DNA from: Negaprion brevirostris
Lineage: Eukaryota
DNA length: 63,989 nt
Direction of reading: 5' to 3'
Assembly (NCBI GenBank): GCA_030324005.1
Contig: JARDVH010000121.1
Coordinates: 23,556,680-23,620,668, forward strand
Shown: positions 49,130 to 61,576 of the stretch, in pieces
Layout of the letters: the number at the start of each line of letters is the position of its first letter
Position numbering within the stretch: position 1 is the stretch's first letter
Position numbers and translations under genes: made by a program
The notes under the pieces: generated by a model
The model's database searches: none
Told to the model about the DNA's origin: nothing
What the model saw: only the letters and a program-made list of their open reading frames with translations

Positions 49130-51703
49130 AGTCAATCCCCTGGCCAATAAAGTAAAGCATGCCACATGCCTTTTTGACTACCTTCTCCGCCTGCATTGCC
49201 ACTTTCAGTGACTTGTGTATCTGTACACCCAGATCCTTTTGGCTACCAATACTCTTAAAGATTCTGCCATTTACTGTACATTTCCTATCTGGATTAGATC
49301 TTCCAAAATGCATTACCTCACATTTGTCTGGATTAAACTCCATCTGGCATCTCTCCGCCCAAGTCTCCAACCAACCTATATCCTGTTGTATCCTCCAACA
49401 GTCCTCATTGCTATCCGCAATTCCACCAACCTTTGTGTTATCTGCAAACTTACAAATCAAATCAGTTACATTTTTTTCCAAGTCATTTGTATATATATTA
49501 CAAATGGGAAAGGTCCCAGCACTGATCCCTGAAGGACACCACTAGTCACAGCACTCCATTTCAGAAATGCACCCTTCTACTACTGCCTGTCTTCTATGAC
49601 CAAGCCAGTTCTGTACCCAGCTCACCAGCTCATCTTTGAACCTGTGCGATTTCACTTTCTGTACCAGTCTGCCATAAGGGACCTTGTCAGAGGCTTACCG
49701 AAGTCCATGTAGATGACATCCATTGCCCTACCCACATCACTTCCTCAAAAAACTCAGTCAAGTTAGTGAGACATGATGTCCCCTTCACAAAACCATTTTG
49801 TCTCTTGCCAATACGTCCACTTATTTCCCAGTGGGAGTAAATCCCGTCTCAAAGAATCCTCTCCAATAATTTCCCTACCACTGACATAAGGCTCTCCGGC
49901 GTATAAGTACCTGGATTATCCTTGCTATCCTTCTTAAACAAAGGAATAACATTGGCTATTCTCCAATATTCTGGGACCTCCACTGTAGCCAGTGAGGATA
50001 CAAAGATTTCTTTCAAGACCTCAGCAATTTCCCCCCTTGTCTCCTTTTGTATTCTGGGGTATATTCCATCAGGCTGAGGACTTGTCTACTTGGTGTAACA
50101 AATTGTCCCTAAATTAGACTTCCCTCAATGTGGAACGCCATAAGCATAGACGAGGGTCATGGGTGGAGAGGGGACTCGATGTTAAACTAGCGGAGCAGGC
50201 TCATTGGGCCGAAGAGCCTGTTTCCCATGCTGTGTTGTTCTTTGTTCTTTATTCTTTAATGTTTCTCAAGATCCTCAATACCACTTCCTGTTTGATTTCA
50301 ACATGACACAAACTATCCACACACCCTTCCCTAGACTCATCATTCACCAAGTCCTCTTCGGTGAATACTGATGCAAAGTACTAATTTAATACCTCACTCA
50401 TTTCCTGTGGCTCAATGCATAGATTCCCTCCCCTGTCTTTGAGTGAGCCAACCCTCTCCCTCACTACCCTCTTGCTCTTTATATATGTAGAAAAAACCTT
50501 GTGATTTTCCTTAATCCTTCTGGCCAATGACTTTTCATGACCCCTTTTAGACCTCTTGACTCCTTGCTTAAGTTTCTTTCTACTTTCCTTATATTTCACA
50601 CTTGCTTTGTGTGTTCCCATTTCTCCTTGCCTTGACAAATGCTTCCTTTCTCTTTTTGACTATGCTCACAATATCTGTTATCCAAGGTTCCTGAAACTTG
50701 TCATACTTACAGGAATATGCCAGTCCTGAATTCTTATCCATTTACACGTGAAAGCCTCCCACATGCCAGATGTTGCTTTGCCCTCAAACATCTGACCCCA
50801 ATCTGCACTCTTTAGTTCCTGCCTAATATTGTTGTAAGTAGCCTTCTCCAATTTAGCACCTTCACCTGAGGATTACACTTATCCATCAGTACCTTAAAGC
50901 TTACTGAATTGTGGCCACTGTTTCCAAAATGCTCCCCTACTGAAACATCGACCACTTGGCCAGGCTCATTCCCCAACAGCAGGTCCAGTACGGCCCCTTT
51001 CCCTATTTGGACTATCTCTATACTGTTCCAAGAAGCCCTCCTGGATACTCCTTACAACCTTTGGCCTATCCACTTCCCTAGAACTAAGTGAGTCCCCGTC
51101 AATATAGGGGAAGTTAAAATCACCCACAACCACACCCCTGTTACTTTTACACTTTGCCAAAATATCTGTTCCTCTACCTCCTGCTGGCTTTTGGAAGGCC
51201 TATAGTAAACCCCCAACATTGTGACAACACCCTTCCTATTCCTGGACTCTACCCATATTATCTTGCTGTATGAGCCCTGCGAGATGTCCACCTGCAGCAC
51301 AGCTGTGATATTCTCCTTAACCAGTAAGTGCAATTCCCTTTTATATCCCTCTCTATCCCATCTGAAACATCTGTATCATGGAACATTAAACTGCCAATCC
51401 TGTTCTCTTAACCAAGTCTCTGTAATGACAACATTGCAGTTCCAAGCACTAGTCCAAGCTCTAAGTTCACTTGCCTTACCTGTTACACTTTTAACATTGA
51501 AGCAAATGCAATTCAGTCCACCAGACTCTCTTTGACCAGTAACCATATCCTGCCTGCTCTTCTTCTGAGTCTTGCTAGCCCAAATTTCTAATTCCTCTTC
51601 AGTAAATTCACCTTTGCTTTGGTTCCCACCCCACTGCCAAATTAATTTAAATCCTCTCGTGTGACACTAGTAAACCTCAGCCAGAATATTTATGCCCTTC
51701 CAG
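49130..51703 (-). mobile_element. Long CR1 (HER1-like) LINE segment: ORF1 C-terminus, endonuclease and RT; 3' end missing
   Basis: ORF1 end GINILA...DLN*; endonuclease LGVYYRP and VVVGDFNFPYID; linker IKENHKVFSTYIKSK; RT ICKFADNTKVGG...QMEFNPDKCEVMHFG. Confidence 0.92.
50092..50250 (+). mobile_element. Short retroelement fragment with a CR1-like tail, inserted antisense into the CR1 LINE
   Basis: Ends GGGCCGAAGAGCCTGTTTCCCATGCTGTG(TTGTTCT)n. The host LINE resumes on both sides. Confidence 0.6.
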
Positions 51704-52422
51704 ATCTACCCAATTCAAATGGTTTGTTCACTTTGAGTAAGAATATTCATTTGTGGTGGCAAATGTATCATGCAGATTTTGCATTCAAAAAGCTCACTTT
51801 CCCAAACTCAATTTATGTTTGATATACTGTATACATTGGTCAGTAATCTGCAGAAATCTCCACCAGTCTCTCTCTCTCTCTATTCACGGAATACGAGTTA
51901 GGTTGCTGAGTCCATTCAAATGCTATTTGTGGACCTATCAGTCTAACATTGAAAAAATACACAGTAATCTGAAGATTAAAGGTTTAAACTTAGAAAAAAA
52001 TACAAGCAAATTACTGTTTAGGATAATATGTATACTGCCTAGTGAATATAGGGTAATAATCCAATCCAAAGATTCAGACGTGGTTATAAAGCTATGTTCA
52101 TGAGAAGCCCTGGGAGTAGATTACTGTTTTTAAACCAGTCAGAGCTATCTGATTTTCATTAAATCCATGGATAAAGTGACATCTGAGACAGACTAGGTTT
52201 GTATTCCCTTGAGTATTGATGATTAAGGTGACGTAAATTTAAGCGATTAAAGTATTTGTTGGAGCAGATTGTGAGAAATGATTTCCTCTGGTGATGGAGT
52301 CTGGAACAAAAAGGGCACAAGTTCAAAATTAGAGCTTGTCCACAAAGAGGTGACGCCAGGAAGTAAACTCTTCACCCCACAAGCTGTTGGGTTTGGGGTT
52401 GAGGGGAGGCAGTTACGGCAGT

Positions 52423-53271
52423 TGTAAATGAAGCTAGGGTCAAGTGGACTTAGAAATAAATAAGTAGAGATTATAAATTTGCATTAGGAGATAGATAGGG
52501 AGTTGTTTTTTTTTTCAGCTGTTCAATCTCAAAGGGGAGTAAGACTTTTATAACTAACAACATTTTCATGAGTGAACAAAATAAGGTCATTACATTTTAT
52601 TGACCTGAAAGGGAAGGCAATATGGAAAACATGAAAGATTATGTTTTTAGAAAAAAATAAGTTCAAAGGGTTACTGAGGAGAATGGCATAAAAGATGAAA
52701 AGGAAAAAGGATACTTGAGGAAATATGTTGATCTACATTGTGTTGGCCATGTGGGAAAGACCTGATGGGATCTGCTCTGTGCTGGATAAAGGTGCAAAGT
52801 CTGAAGTAGCAATCCAGTCAAGCCAGAAAAGTCTTAGGTTTCAAAAAGCGGTAGTTTCTGAGTATTCTTGGATTTCCACAACAGGATGGGAGAGTTTGAG
52901 GGGTTGTGTGGTATACCTGGACAAGCAGCTTTGCTTTGGGTAAAATTACTGGATTTTTACAGTTAAACATCTATAAGGAAATTTGTCTACTTGTGGGTCT
53001 GACTAAATGGGTTACAGCTGGAAGTGAAGGATTTAAGACTATTTTAACAGTGTAACTATAATCTTGTGTGCTTAAGTCTATGTTTATTCTTGTTATTAAA
53101 TATTTTTACTTATTTTTAAAATCCCAGAAGTGTTACTGGAATTCTTTGCTGTTGATAAATAGGTTTCTTCTTGTTTTCATAATACAGAACGAATAAAGAG
53201 TTACAGTCCATAAGCCAATTTTCCCTCTGGGATTTGGTGTGCTCAGCAATTAACATCTGTCATGTGATAAC
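52423..53271 (+). mobile_element. Probable long solo LTR
   Basis: TGTAA start and GTGATAAC end. The U5-like TTCCCTCTGGGATTTGG...TAACATCTG resembles shark Gypsy LTRs by recall. No TSD confirmed. Confidence 0.4.
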
Positions 53272-54436
53272 GTATTGGAATGTCTGGCTTAAATTGATCG
53301 TAATGATATCCATCCCACTTGCGTTCCCACTGCTGTCCATCAGTTTAGCAGGAACTGATGAGCTTGGGCATGCTGTGATATCCTTTGATGTTTATAGAAT
53401 AGGTAACGACAGCAGAATGATTTAATTAATTTAGTTTTAATATGGAGGTCACTACAGATGGCCGAAATGTCTCTTAGTCTTCAATAATTACATACTGCAA
53501 TGCATGAAAAGGTGAAATTACATTTCAACATTATGAAAATAGCTGTCACCAGGAGGTTGGGAGAAATTTGTGGGTGTATCCATCATGTCCTCGTGGTTCC
53601 AGTGCTCTCAAGCCTGCGAGTCATCATCAACCTCTTACTGTTGATTATCCAAATGTACTTCTCAGAAGCAGAAAAGCCGTCCGCCTCTTGCCAAGGGCAA
53701 AGCACAATTAGCAATCCATAAGCTTCCTGGAATGTTTACATGACAAAAGGTTGGTGATGTATTCCACTGACGTGCAGTGGCATTATAGATGGACAGGACT
53801 TGTGGCAGCTTGGGAGCTGCCTAACAAAGACTGTGCATTGTTTCACCTCAGCCAGGAAAAGGGCATGTCCTCATCAGGAACACTAGGCTATTTTCAGTTA
53901 TGCAAACTGTGGCAATCCTTTTCTCGGACTATCTACACCCTTGCACCTTCCTTTACCTTGTTACTGGAGGCTCCTGTATTGGTGCCATGAGCATCCATAA
54001 GATAATTACAGTTTTCTTAAGGCTCATATGTCATATTTAAACCAGAACAAAGAAATCCCTCTCCACTACCACCATTATACCGTCACCTCTGCAACATCAC
54101 CTGCACACATCCTTACCCTTAGACTTGTTAAACCTCTTATTCTTAGTTTTGTCATCTCAATTTCTGAAAATTCCTCCTCACCAACTCACCCTCCAGTAGT
54201 TAATGAGTTTCAGTTTGTTAAAGACTTACATCTCTCTAACATAACATGTTACCTTCAGTAATCTAAGATGGCTCCCTGTCTGATTTCATAAAATTTCCAG
54301 TCTTTCTTTCATCTTCAAACAACTCAGTTATTCTGCCAACCTTCTTCATCCTTCAGTCTCCGCTCACACTTATCAATTTTTTCACTACATCTTTGTGGAC
54401 GTCTCATCTTCTCTTTATCCCATCACTGGTGACAAA

Positions 54437-54555
54437 GGCCAGAATTCTCCAACCTCACCCACAGCCGGGATTCACCAGTCCTGGTGCAGTGAATGGAGAT
54501 CCAGCTGAGCGCTGAATTCTCCATTTTCACTGGCAGTGGCTGGAGAATTCAGGCC
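54437..54555. mobile_element. 119-bp MITE, Harbinger-like
   Basis: TIRs GGCCAGAATTCTCC and GGAGAATTCAGGCC (13/14), with a 3-bp flanking duplication AAA. Confidence 0.75.
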
Positions 54556-55864
54556 AAAGTCTCTCAGTGACTCTCTCCCTTAAACTCTGTTGTTTCTCTA
54601 TCNNNNNNNNNNCACCTTTCCCAACACAGTTTAGCATCAGTTTCTCTTCTTCTCCCTTGCAAAGGGCTTTGACAATTTTTATAATGCCACTTGATTGATG
54701 CAGGAGGTTGCTTTTTTTAAAAAAATATTTAGTAAATTAGAAGGTCTTTTCTTATCTTTCTCAATCCGCAAAGAAAAGATTATTTTGGCTCACATACAAG
54801 GATCATTAACCTCCTCGCCTACTTCATATTTCAGACCCCAAAGCAAGACTCTGTGAGCAGTAATGCTGGATTGAAATAAAATCTCTCAGAATACAGATCT
54901 CTGTAACCTCCAAGCTCCCCAGTCTGTGATTAAAGATGCATCAAGACTCACCTTCTGACTCCACAAAGACTTTTCACTAGCTTCAAAACACAGGTCAGGC
55001 ATGTACTGAAACACTCCCCACTGTGAGAGTAACTCACAGCGGTTCAAAAAGGAAGCTCACCACCATCTCCTCAAGAATGTTAGTAATTGGCAATAAATGT
55101 CGGTCTAGCCAGTGACACCAACGTCCCATGAATTAGCTTTTAAAATCTCTGTCCACTTTGTGGTTTTGTTAGACTGAATGAACCAAGATGTTCAATAAAA
55201 TAAGGTTCATCAGTTGGCATAGCCCTCAACATCTAATAGCATGCCTCACAAGAAAATGAACCAGCTTTCATATGATGAAGCAGTAACAGTGCAAGTGACT
55301 ACTGATAGAAATTATTATACATCTGCATTTAAGCGCAGCACCTCAAAGCCACATTTATGCAATTATTGACCCCTGCTGTCCACTGACCTGTCACAATTGT
55401 ATGGATGCTCCATTATTTCTACCTCATAGTAAATGCAATATATTTCACTTTACTTACAGACAGAATGTCAGGTGCCTCACGGTACAGCACTGGACAGTGA
55501 AGTGGGAGATGATAGAATTATCACCTGCTTCTGACAGGAAGGGTTCCAACACAAAGGAACTTATGACCCTGATCACTTTCCTCGGTCACTGAGAGCATCA
55601 TCCTTACCCTGCTCCAAGTCTGCAGGTCTGCCTGCAAGGGTGGCAGATTTTACTGAGCACCTCTTTCGTAAAAATGGAAATGTCATACAGCATTCCTCCT
55701 GAGGGTGAGATAATATACACTGGGATAAGGCTGAGAATATTTCTTCCTTCTTTCTCCTCCCATTGTGAGCAACCTAGCTTCTTCCACGGTGCCTATGTTC
55801 CAACTTTTTGGCATATAGCAGTTCGCAGGGGACAGTACCCAGCACATCCATAATTAACAGCAAG

Positions 55865-56508
55865 GAATATGACCCTGTCTTTATCAATGGTGATGAAGTA
55901 GATATAGTCGAGGCCTTCAAGTTTTTAGTTGTCCAGATTACCAACAATCTGCCCTGGTCCCATAATGCTGACACTATAGTGCATCTACTTTCTCAGGATG
56001 ATGAAGAAATTTGGCATGTCAGCTACGACTCTCTCTNNNNNNNNNNNNNNNNNNNNNNNNNNNNNNNNNNNNNNNNNNNNNNNNNNNNNNNNNNNNNNNN
56101 NNNNNNNNNNNNNNNNNNNNNNNNNNNNNNNNNNNNNNNNNNNNNNNNNNNNNNNNNNNNNNNNNNNNNNNNNNNNNNNNNNNNNNNNNNNNNNNNNNNN
56201 NNNNNNNNNNNNNNNNNNNNNNNNNNNNNNNNNCCAGGCATTTTCCCTTCAATTGGGAAAAAGAGGCAAAAGTCTGAGGACACATACCAATTGATTCAAG
56301 AACAGCTTCTTTCCTGCTGCCATCAGACTTTTGAATGGACCTACCTTGCACTAAGTTGATTTTTTGCTGCACCCTAGCTATGACTGTGACACGAGAGTCT
56401 GCACCCTCTCCTTTCCTTCTCTATGTACAGTATGCTTTACTGTATAGCATGTAAGAAACACTGCTTTTTACTGTATATCAATACATGTGACAACAATGAA
56501 TCAAATTA
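55865..56508 (+). mobile_element. Rex1/Babar LINE 3' portion (gapped)
   Basis: Translation PVFINGDEVDIVEAFKFLVVQITNNLPWS and the tail ATACATGTGACAACAATGAATCAAAT. Confidence 0.88.
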
Positions 56509-56854
56509 AGTTTCATGAAGTTAGAATCAAGGCCTTCACCACATGTTTCAGTTCCCAATCAAATTCACATCTTTACACAGTAGGAGAAAACTCAAAACAT
56601 TTATACAAACCCAACAAGAGCCATTGGAAATCAACTAAAGTGAGATCTTTCCTGCTGCTGAAAGCATGCTTTGCATGTTAGCTGAAATGGTAAGATTGAA
56701 AATAATATTGGTGTTACATGGTGACTGTCATCACAATTAGCCAGTGCTATGCACTCTTGGCACAGGCTCTTAACATCCTCACCAAAATGGCTTCCTGCAT
56801 AGACACAAGAATTATTCACGCATGGCCAGAATATCATTTTATACCCAAAATATT

Positions 56855-57240
56855 AATGGCAATGGTGTAGTGGTATTTTCACTGGACTAAGTAATCCAGA
56901 GATCCAGGGTAATGCTCTGAGGAACCGGATTTGAATCTCACCATGGGAGATGTTGAAATTTGAATTCATGAAAGATCTGGAATTAAAAATCTCACGATGA
57001 TCATGTAACCAGTGCCAATCTCTTTTTTCCAAAAAAAAAGCCTGGTTCACAAACGTTCTTTTGGGAAGGAAATCTGTCATCCTTACCTGAATTACACATA
57101 ACCCATGATTCCAAATCCACAGCAATGTGGCTGACTCTTAAATGGTGTAATGGCTGAGCCTGACTCTCAAAGGTAATTAGGGATGAGCAATAAATGCTCT
57201 CCCAGCCAGTGATGACCACATCCCATGAATGAAAGTTAAA
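56855..57240 (+). mobile_element. Full-length tRNA-headed SINE with Zenon-like tail
   Basis: A box TGGTGTAGTGG, B-box-like GATTTGAATCT, conserved body, and tail TAGGGATGAGCAATAAATGCT...CATCCCATGAATGAA. Confidence 0.88.
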
Positions 57241-57288
57241 ACAAAAATGTTGCGTCAAAAATATGGAAATCATTGAGTTGCATTTTTC

Positions 57289-58263
57289 ATGATGTGGGGA
57301 TGCCGGCATTGGACTGGGGTAAACACAGTAAGAAGTCTCATAACACCAGGTTAAAGTCCAACAGATTATTTGGTAGCACAAGCCACTAGCTTTTGGAGTG
57401 CTGCTCCTTCATCGGGTAAGTGGAAGTTCTGTTCACAAACAGGGCATATAAAGACACAACCTCAACTTACAAAATAATGGTTGGAATATGAGTCTTTACA
57501 GGTAATCAAGTCTTAAAGGTAGAGACAATGTGAGTGGAGAGAGGGTTAAGCACAGGTTAAAGGGACGTGTATTGTCTCCAACCAGGACAGTTAGTGAGAT
57601 TTTGCAAGCCCGGGCAAATCATGGGGGTTACAGATAATGTGACATGAACCCAAGATCCCAGTTGAGGCTGTCATGTGTGTGCGGAACTTGGCTATCAGTC
57701 TCTGTTCAGCAATTCTGCGTTGTGTGTTGTGAAGACCATCTTGGAAATGCTTACCCAAAGGTCAGAGGCCAAATGCCCGCGACCGCTGAAGTGTTACCCA
57801 ACAGGAAGAGAACACTCTTGCCTGATGATTGTCGAGAGGTGTTCATTCATCCATTGTAGTAGCGTCTGCATGGTCTCCCCAGGAGATAGCCAAGTTCCGC
57901 ACACACAAGGACGGCCTCAACCGAAAACTTGGGTTCATGACAGACTATCTGTAACCCCCACGACTTGCCTGAGCTTGCAAAATCTTACTAACTGTCCTGG
58001 CTGGAGACAATACACATCTCTTTAACCTGTGCTTAACCCTCTCTCCACTCACATTGTCTGTACCTTTAAGACTTGATTATCTGCGAAGACTTGCATTCCA
58101 ACTATTATTTTGTAAACTGAGTTTGTGTCTTTATATGCCCTGCTTGTAAACAGAACTCCCACTCACCTGATGAAAGAGCAGTGCTCTGAAAGCTTGTGGC
58201 TTGTGCTACCAAATAAACCTGTTGGATTTAACCTGGTGTTGTGAGACTTCTTATTGTGTTAAC
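57289..58263. mobile_element. Penelope-like element with inverted pLTR arms
   Basis: 57319-57696 is the reverse complement of 57885-58263. The spacer holds extra GIY-YIG coding sequence on the minus strand. Confidence 0.92.
58164..58198 (+). ncRNA. Minimal type I hammerhead ribozyme motif in the Penelope pLTR
   Basis: CAC-CTGATGA-A-AGAGC(AGT)GCTCT-GAAA-GCT-T-GTG: intact core boxes, 5-bp stem II, palindromic AGCT stem III, and CAC/GTG stem I. Confidence 0.7.
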
Positions 58264-58959
58264 AAATTAGTCAGGGGTCTTTCTGGTTTTGCTCACTGTG
58301 TTTAGTGAGGCAGTAAAATAGGATTGCCCTTAGCCCCTGCCCCATTCAGATTTTCTTGCTGAGGGGAGGTGAACGATGTGTGTGTATGCATGTGCAAATT
58401 AGACATTGTGGATCTCCGGAATAGCTATCTTGCATCTATTGACTTCCTGGCAGATTTTGTACAGGGGTTGATTTTCAGCTTGCCTCCCAGGATGTGAAGT
58501 TAATGTGGGTCAGACATGTAATTTAGAAGCTATTCAATTCTCATTCCTCATTGTGCTGTCACAGGTAAGTGTCTATTTGAAACTTCACCGTGGCATTAGC
58601 TATTCCAAGTGGTATGAATGGCCCCATAGATGTCATGGTGTGTTTGTGTATGTCTCCAAAGTGGAAAATACATCACAACCACCGGTGACTATCTTTTGTG
58701 ATTGTACAGGTGGGAACAGTTTGCAAATGCTGCATCTTCCACATTTTGATGATATCCAGGTACCTTATCATCAATGGATCATTGTTAAAGTGCAATTGTT
58801 ATTATGTGGGACAACGTCAAAGAGCTTGCATTTATATATCCCCTTTCCTTTTAGCAGCCTTTTGCCTCGTGAGATGCTGGTTTGCATCTTGGTCATCAAT
58901 CCTGTATTAAACATCGCCTGGTAGAGTCAGGAGTTACATTCATAGCCTCTGCTGCACTA

Positions 58960-59232
58960 ATTCATTTGTAGGACATGGGTATCGCTAGCTGGCCAGCATT
59001 TATTGTCCATCCCTAGTTGCCCAAGAGCAGTTGAAAGTCAACCACATTGTTGTGGCTCTGGAGTCACATATAGACTAGACCAGGACAGCAGATTTCCTTC
59101 ACTAAGGGACATTTAAGAACCTGATGTGTTTTTCCGACAATTGACAATAGTTTCATGGTCATCGGTAGATTCTTAATCCCAGATTTGTTTTAAATTGAAT
59201 TGAAATTCCTCATCTGCCGTGGATGGATTCAA
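58960..59232 (-). mobile_element. tRNA-headed SINE with Zenon-like tail
   Basis: CCAGCATTTATTGTCCATCCCTAGTTGCCC...GTCAACCACATTGTTGTGGCTCTGGAGTCACA...GGATTCAAAC. Confidence 0.85.
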
Positions 59233-59330
59233 ACATAAGGTCCCCCATGGAAGGCTTCTTGAGAAGGTAAGAGGGCATGGGATCCAAGGGGCTTTGGCCT
59301 TGTGGATCCAGAACTGGCTTGCCTGCAGAA
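59233..59330 (+). mobile_element. CR1 RT fragment
   Basis: Translation KVPHGRLLEKVRGHGIQGALALWIQNWL. Confidence 0.8.
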
Positions 59331-59430
59331 NNNNNNNNNNNNNNNNNNNNNNNNNNNNNNNNNNNNNNNNNNNNNNNNNNNNNNNNNNNNNNNNNNNNNN
59401 NNNNNNNNNNNNNNNNNNNNNNNNNNNNNN

Positions 59431-59682
59431 GAGACAATACACATCTCTTTAACCTGTGCTTAACCCTCTCTCTACTCACATTGTCTGTACCTTTAAGACT
59501 TGATTATCTGCAAAGACTCGCATTCCAACCATTATTTTGTAAATTGAGTTTATGTCTTTATACGTTCTGTTTGTGAACAGAACTCCCACTTACTCTGATG
59601 AAGGAGCAGCGCTCCAAATGCTAGTGACTTTTGCTACCAAATAAACCTGTTGGACTTTAACCTGGTGTTGTGAGACTTCTTA
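59431..59682 (+). mobile_element. Penelope pLTR fragment
   Basis: Closely similar to 58005-58252; contains CTGATGAAGGAGCAGCGCTCC. Confidence 0.88.
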
Positions 59683-60971
59683 TTTCATTTTTCAGCCATT
59701 GGCTGGACTGATGAAAGGACTCAGGAAAGTGTAGTTTGTGCCAATATTTCAGAATATTCAAGTTCACCCTCATTTCAGGGGTGATATTCTCATTATGAAC
59801 AATCACTTGCTTGTATTTAGTATGTCATACATATCTCAGTACTTAGTTTAATTGATATCAAACTGAATAAATGAAGACTTGTGACAGCCCAAAGATTCCA
59901 GAGGTCGACAAGAGCTCCTGAAAATGTAGCAGATTTCAGCCTTCTGTACCATATAAAATAATTCTTAGGTTGAGAACTCTTTGATTTGTTTATGGTTTTT
60001 TTAATATGCTGGTTACCAACACAAAGGATTTTAAAAATGTTGTGAATTAGATTGTTTCAAAGGCATAAAATGAAAGACTTCAAATTGTCACCCGTTCTTG
60101 AACCATACACTTTTACTTGAATTTAAGTGCAGTATTCCTTCAACCTGTTTTAGATTCAGTCAATGTGGATAACTTTACATTCTTCCTTTAATATCAAACT
60201 TTCACAATTCTACATCTAAACCTCTTTTACAAAGTTGAACTCTGAACATGCAATCAATAATGGTCTGTTAATATTGTTTGGTAACATCTCATTTTAACCA
60301 GGACCAGAGCTTTCTTTTTAAGCAATCACTGGCTATGGATGTAAATCTAATTGTATTCAATTCAACTGGAATCCTATTTGGCTCAGAGAAACAATCTTTT
60401 TTCATGGTTGGCAGCTTCTCAACCCCTTTGACAAAGACAAATTGAACTATATAGTCTATTAATCCTCTCAGCACTGCAGACCAAAGAATAAAAGAAGAGA
60501 TATTTCATTTTATTTTTGGATTCACTTCAAGTACACTGGAAAATGAGAAAAATCTCACAGGCCTACATTCTAATTATACAGCTCTGAAAATATATTGGAT
60601 TTTACCGACAGAGGAATTTGGTTTCTAGAAAGATGAAGGAATACTTGATATGCAACAGAACACAACTGAGATCTGCATCAACCCTCCACCTGAGANNNNN
60701 NNNNNTATTATGACTAGGACAGAACTTATGATTTAGACAATTTTTTTCAGCCACAGAGAGACCAACAATTAGTAAAGATCATCAAGATCCCCTGAATGGC
60801 AGCGTTGGAGAATTGTCTGGAAGTTAGAACTCCCTGATAGTTTAGATGATCAGTGCACTCTCAGTATGCAACTTAGCCAAATCAACCAAGAAGGCCCCAA
60901 CTTTAGGGTTGCTAACTGTGATTAAATGTATTCCTGGAGGTTTCATTACATGGACTTTCCCCCAGGTTTTT

Positions 60972-61426
60972 GGGGCAGCACAGTGGCACAGTGGTNNNNN
61001 NNNNNNNNNNNNNNNNNNNNNNNNNNNNNNNNNNNNNNNNNNNNNNNNNNNNNNNNNNNNNNNNNNNNNNNNNNNNNNNNNNNNNNNNNNNNNNNGTGGT
61101 TAGTACTCTGCTTTATAGTGCCAGGGACCCGGGTTCAATTACGGCCCTGGGTGACGCTGTGGAGTTTGCACATTTTCCCTGTACCTGTGTGGGTTTCCTC
61201 CAGGGTGCTCTGGTTTCTTCTTACAGTCTAAAAATGTGCAGGTTAGGTGGATTGGCCATACTAAATTGCCCCTTATTGTACCAAGGTACGTAGGTAAGAG
61301 GGAATTAGTGAGGTAAATATGTGGGGTTACAGGGATAGGGCCTGGGTAAGATGATCTTCCTTTTGGAGAGTCAATGCAGACTTTATGAGCTGAATGTTCT
61401 CCTTCTGCACTGTACGGATTCTATGA
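60972..61426 (+). mobile_element. HE1 SINE with CR1-like tail (artificial gap in the head)
   Basis: GGGCAGCACAGTGGCACAGTGGT head, V-domain, and tail TTCTGCACTGTACGGATTCTATG. Confidence 0.9.
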
Positions 61427-61576
61427 GTCTTTGATTAGTCAGCCAACACATCCATTCCTGTGAAGTAACGCCTGCCTAGACCACTGGAAAGCAAAGTCAC
61501 TCATTAGCCATAATAGAAACAGAAAATACTGGAAAAACTCAGCAGGTCTTGCAGCATCTGTGGAGAAAGAACCAGA

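Noticed and set aside
56855-56945. tRNA gene-like A and B boxes (also in all HE1 heads)
   Set aside because: These are SINE heads followed by SINE bodies and tails, not cloverleaf tRNA genes.
58505-58924. 139-aa ORF with a CAG/GTAAGT donor-like site near 58563
   Set aside because: GTG start, no recognisable protein and no partner exons; a host exon cannot be supported without RNA data.
60985-61105. Apparent 100-bp insertion in an HE1 head, and similarly at 16242-16341
   Set aside because: The same bases (GTGGT; AGATTTT) flank both sides of the N run and the SINE is contiguous, so the gap is an assembly artefact. ORFs spanning N runs were ignored.
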